From contig JBHLMP010000045.1 in assembly GCA_048938025.1 (NCBI GenBank), positions 1 to 31,657 of the forward strand: DNA of 31,657 bases, in the 5' to 3' direction. The notes beneath the pieces were generated by a model. That model saw nothing but the letters and a program-made list of their open reading frames with translations. It ran no database searches and was not told the DNA's origin. This DNA is from Promethearchaeota archaeon. GTDB lineage: Archaea > Asgardarchaeota > Lokiarchaeia > Sigyniarchaeales > SOKP01. The translations under genes and the position numbers were made by a program. The first letter of the stretch is position 1. Each line of letters opens with the position of its first letter. Shown here piece after piece: positions 28,077 through 31,657 of the stretch.

Positions 28077-28096
28077 ATAAAAAATATTATAGTATG

Positions 28097-28118
28097 GAGA
28101 TGTAGTCGAGATGTAGTC
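28097..28118 (+). repeat. Tandem 11-bp repeat (GAGATGTAGTC)x2
   Basis: Exact duplication about 85 bp upstream of the GTPase gene. Confidence 0.85.
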
Positions 28119-28201
28119 TAAAAGATGATTTTAGTAATATCTAAATAGATATTTTTATATTATCTAACAATATTATATTCTTAATTGTATAATCAACAAG
28201 T

Positions 28202-29197
28202 ATGAAAACTGATGAAAAAATGGAAAAGCTACCCGATGAAACTCTTCTTAAACCAATATTAGTAAATTACATGAATGAGATTGATGGTGTACTAGCGGTA
28301 GCGATATGTGATAGAAATGGGTTTATTATTTCTTCGGAATTTAAACAACAAGCGGCTGATGAATCAGTAATTGGTGTTATTTCGGCAATTCTTGACAGCT
28401 ATATTGACAGAATTAAAAGCGAATTTGGATCTTTTGGAAATTTTTTTAATATTACTATTACTGGTGATAAAAAATTCACATTCGCTAGTATGGGTCCACA
28501 TTCAATTCTGACCACAGTTGCAGACCCGTCAACTTCCGATGTTGAATTAAAAGTCTATTCTGAACATGTAGCAAGTAAAATTGAACTAATTTTAGAAGGT
28601 AATGAAGATGTGTCTCCTCAAATTCCTGAGATAATAAAGGCATTGTCTAAAACTCGAGGTGGACAACTTTCAAAATTGGAGGGAGAGTTTTCAAATAAAC
28701 TAATATTAACTGGAGATTATGCAGTTGGTAAAACATCTCTTATTAGACGATTTGTTGAGAATATATTTGAACAGGATTATATCTCTACTATTGGTGTACA
28801 GATTTCAAAAAAAATTGTTAATATAAGTGAACAAACAAAAATGAATTTTATCATTTGGGATATCGGCGGTCAAAAGAGTCAGATGGCTCCATATCGAAAA
28901 AAATTTTATAGTGGTACTAATGCTGCATTTATCGTTGTAGATCGAACTCGTCCAGATAATTTAAAAAGTGTTGATTACTGGTTTAATGATATAAAAAATC
29001 AAATTCCTAAAGATCTCCCAATTATAATAGTTGGCAACAAATCAGATTTAGTTGATGAAATAGTTATTAGTGAAGATGACATAAGAGCTGTTGCTAAAGA
29101 ATTCGATTTCCATTACATTCTTACATCTGCTAAAACTGGAGTTGGTGTTAATGATGCTTTCTTATATGTTGCATATAGAGTTATAGAAACTCTCTAA
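28202..29197 (+). CDS. Roadblock/LC7 domain fused to a Rab-like small GTPase
   Basis: N-terminal GVLAVAICDRNGFII (roadblock). G1 GDYAVGKT, G2 YISTIG, G3 WDIGGQ, G4 NKSD, G5 SAK. No C-terminal prenylation Cys. Confidence 0.92.
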   Translation: MKTDEKMEKLPDETLLKPILVNYMNEIDGVLAVAICDRNGFIISSEFKQQAADESVIGVISAILDSYIDRIKSEFGSFGNFFNITITGDKKFTFASMGPHSILTTVADPSTSDVELKVYSEHVASKIELILEGNEDVSPQIPEIIKALSKTRGGQLSKLEGEFSNKLILTGDYAVGKTSLIRRFVENIFEQDYISTIGVQISKKIVNISEQTKMNFIIWDIGGQKSQMAPYRKKFYSGTNAAFIVVDRTRPDNLKSVDYWFNDIKNQIPKDLPIIIVGNKSDLVDEIVISEDDIRAVAKEFDFHYILTSAKTGVGVNDAFLYVAYRVIETL

Positions 29198-29328
29198 ATT
29201 TTAAGAAACAAACTTATTTATTTGGTCTACTTCTTTTTATTAATAGATAATTTTAATATTGAAATTAATTAAAGGAGGTAGTACAAAGATTCTTAAAGTG
29301 TTTTTTAATCAAATATATGCGACTTGAG

Positions 29329-29344
29329 ATGTAGCTGGCTACAT
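29329..29344. promoter_or_regulatory. Inverted repeat ATGTAGC-TG-GCTACAT directly upstream of a start codon
   Basis: Perfect 7-bp arms ending just before the ATG at 29346. Confidence 0.45.
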
Positions 29345-29345
29345 A

Positions 29346-30206
29346 ATGGGTTTCTCAATTAAAGAAATTACGTATAAACAAAAATATCTAATATATTTAA
29401 CAGAACAAGAATATTCAGGACCATGGTTTAGCTTTAAATTAATAGGAAAAACAATAGGTACTATTCCTGTTATTTTAAAAAACGTAGAACCAACTCCTGT
29501 CTATAATATGGTTAATACCCGTATGGGTTCTGCTATCCATAGAATTACTCTTGATTTCAATATCACAGAATACCTGAAAAAACTTATGAAAGAAGGAAAA
29601 TTAAAAGCTCATTTGTTAAATAAAAAAGAATTCGTTCGCTTATATATAGATATCTTTAACCGTCCAAAGGTACCCTACATTAATACGTATTTTACACTAA
29701 AAAATATTTCAGACTACAATTTAAACGATTTTTCAATGTATTTTGTATTTGACTTTGATATTAATGGACTTGAAGGATTTGATAACGACTTTTCAGGGTA
29801 TGATAAAGAAAGTGACATCATTTATCAATATGACAAAACAGGATTGCATGGAGGCTTTTCTCCCATTTCTAAATCAACAAATTTCGAATCATGTTTAACA
29901 AAAGACTTTAAAATAAATAATGAAAAATTAAATCTTTCAAATAAATTGTATGAAGGTTCTGGAGAGATTTTATCGGCCCTACAAATTAAATTCATGACTT
30001 TAGAGCCTAATCATTCATTTCAAACCGCTTTAGTAATTTCTGGTGGCGAAAATAAAACGGAGTTAATAGAAAATATACAAGCTGGAAAAAGTAATGCTAT
30101 AAAATATTTAGGGCAAGTAAATAGATCAGTTAAATCAGAGCAACGTAATTTACAAGAAGAAGCATTCATAAAAATAAATTTGCAAGAAGGAAAGGAATGT
30201 GAATAA
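29346..30206 (+). CDS. Hypothetical beta-rich protein
   Basis: 286-aa ORF. FTLKN...YFVFDFDI...GYD...IYQYD weakly recalls supersandwich domains of glycoside hydrolases. Confidence 0.65.
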   Translation: MGFSIKEITYKQKYLIYLTEQEYSGPWFSFKLIGKTIGTIPVILKNVEPTPVYNMVNTRMGSAIHRITLDFNITEYLKKLMKEGKLKAHLLNKKEFVRLYIDIFNRPKVPYINTYFTLKNISDYNLNDFSMYFVFDFDINGLEGFDNDFSGYDKESDIIYQYDKTGLHGGFSPISKSTNFESCLTKDFKINNEKLNLSNKLYEGSGEILSALQIKFMTLEPNHSFQTALVISGGENKTELIENIQAGKSNAIKYLGQVNRSVKSEQRNLQEEAFIKINLQEGKECE

Positions 30207-30306
30207 ATAAAATCCAAATTGATGATTCAAATAAAAAAACCTTTAATGGGAAGTTATTTGATGAAAACACTGCTCGAGGTTGGATTTTAACAAATTACCT
30301 ATTCAA

Positions 30307-31371
30307 TTAATACTTAAAATCATATTTTTGATAATTTAGAATAAATTTATTATCAACATCATTAAAAATTTTTATTTTATATAATAGAATATCTCGTTCT
30401 TGTTTTGTAATAACAGGGAATTTATAGTGTACAGAATTATATTTTATTTCTTTATTCTGCTCCTGATATTTTTTTATAAAATTGACATGCTGATTTAGTC
30501 TATCATTTAATAATTTAAGATTCAGTTGTTTAATATTCTCTATATTTTTTTTAAATATATTCATGAATTCTGAGTCAACTTCATACCCAATTGAGTTTCT
30601 TGCAGAGATCATTGCTGCCAATGATGTTGTTCCTGTTCCCCAGAAAGGATCTAAAATGGTATCTTCATATAAAGAATACATATTTAATAAACGAAATGGT
30701 AATTCTAAAGGATAGGCTGCAGATCGCTCTCTTAATTTTTTTTGATTTTTATCGTTTGTTTTTAAAATTTGAGGTGTTCCTCTGATATCTTCCCAAATAT
30801 CTGAAAACCATTTATTCCTTTCTTCCCAGAAAAACGCGCTGTTATATCTATTTTCCGATTTTGAGATTATATTGCGTTTATTATACCCTTTCCTAAATAT
30901 TAAAATATACTCGTGTTCAAGGGTGACATAAGCATTAGGAGGTAACATTCCAGAACCGAGGAATTTATTAGGACTATTTGTTGGTTTTCGCCACAATATA
31001 CAAGGTAATTCAATAAAACCTTTATTTTGGAAAAAGTTGGAAACTTTAACATGATTGGGATATAATTGAAAGTTCTTACCAATTTTTCTTGTAGAATCTC
31101 CTATATTGATGCATACTATTCCCCCTAATTTTACTACTCGAACAACTTCATTCCATACTTTATCTAACTCTTCATGCATCAAATTAAATGTTATTCTACC
31201 CTTTTCTTCTTCGAGTGCTTTTTTAATCTTATCATTTAAAGAAGAGAATAGAGAATCCCACATTTCAATCATAGGATAAGGAGGTGAAGTTATTATTAAA
31301 TCTATAGAGTTTGGTTCAACTTCGCGCATTTCAGATGAATTTTTAAAATATATCTTATGTGTAGTTTCCAT
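30307..31371 (-). CDS. Beta-class DNA methyltransferase, likely N4-cytosine
   Basis: Catalytic ITSPPY precedes SAM-binding ILDPFWGTGTT; HEYILIF and SIGYE. Confidence 0.92.
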   Translation of the reverse strand: METTHKIYFKNSSEMREVEPNSIDLIITSPPYPMIEMWDSLFSSLNDKIKKALEEEKGRITFNLMHEELDKVWNEVVRVVKLGGIVCINIGDSTRKIGKNFQLYPNHVKVSNFFQNKGFIELPCILWRKPTNSPNKFLGSGMLPPNAYVTLEHEYILIFRKGYNKRNIISKSENRYNSAFFWEERNKWFSDIWEDIRGTPQILKTNDKNQKKLRERSAAYPLELPFRLLNMYSLYEDTILDPFWGTGTTSLAAMISARNSIGYEVDSEFMNIFKKNIENIKQLNLKLLNDRLNQHVNFIKKYQEQNKEIKYNSVHYKFPVITKQERDILLYKIKIFNDVDNKFILNYQKYDFKY

Positions 31372-31490
31372 TATCTTTTTTGGTGTTACCTATCAGTCTA
31401 TGTTAAATAAAAGTAATAAAAAATTCAAATTCTTATACTTCAATATTTTATTAAAATTTATATAGATAATTATCAAAGATTAGATATAAT

Positions 31491-31657
31491 ATGAGTAGAA
31501 GTGCTAAAGTTAGTCATGTAATCTTAATAATACTTGATGATGTTAGAGCAGAACATTTATTCAATTGGATGAGGGAAGGAAAACTTCCAAATATAACCAA
31601 AATTGCAGAAAATGGTATAACATGTGAAAATTGTGTTACTTCTTTTCCAAGTGTTAC
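31491..31657 (+). CDS. Alkaline-phosphatase-superfamily (NPP/phosphodiesterase-like) protein, 5' part
   Basis: Manual translation MSRSAKVSHVILIILDDVRAEHLFNWMREGKLPNITKIAENGITCENCVTSFPSV; runs off the window. Confidence 0.8.
   Translation, partial: MSRSAKVSHVILIILDDVRAEHLFNWMREGKLPNITKIAENGITCENCVTSFPSV

Noticed and set aside
28097-28118. CRISPR array
   Set aside because: Only two adjacent 11-bp units with no spacers, and no cas genes.
1523-31082. Other short ORFs overlapping assigned genes (e.g. 4447-4893, 7979-8533, 11658-12131, 15426-15875, 18635-19039, 30591-30785)
   Set aside because: They lie opposite or inside well-supported genes and have no motifs.

Overview
AT-rich archaeal DNA, most likely from an Asgard archaeon (Lokiarchaeia/Promethearchaeota-like). 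The inference rests on eukaryotic-signature proteins: a gelsolin-domain protein, a roadblock-Rab-like GTPase fusion and two 7TM-longin-like proteins. Left to right: a Mo/W-pterin cofactor cluster (moeA, moaB, moeA, moaE, moaD, moaA, moaC) with tungstate ABC transporter tupABC; two coupled coiled-coil/winged-helix-like genes and a divergent kinase; an SDR-QueC fusion divergent from queD; DUF166; a P1B heavy-metal ATPase; a beta-propeller gene; a TPR protein; tRNA-Leu(CAG); gelsolin, DedA and RDD proteins; the 7TM-longin pair; trmO; two orphan DNA methyltransferases; the GTPase; and a partial AlkP-family gene. The most notable observations are (1) the SDR-QueC fusion, (2) a 106-bp scar at 17440-17545 made of back-to-back relics of the 3' ends of both flanking genes, marking integrase-free acquisition of the propeller gene, (3) a candidate 7TM-longin/GTPase signalling module, and (4) a 14-bp motif shared upstream of moaC and tupA. 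All assignments come from reading motifs by eye; no searches were run.
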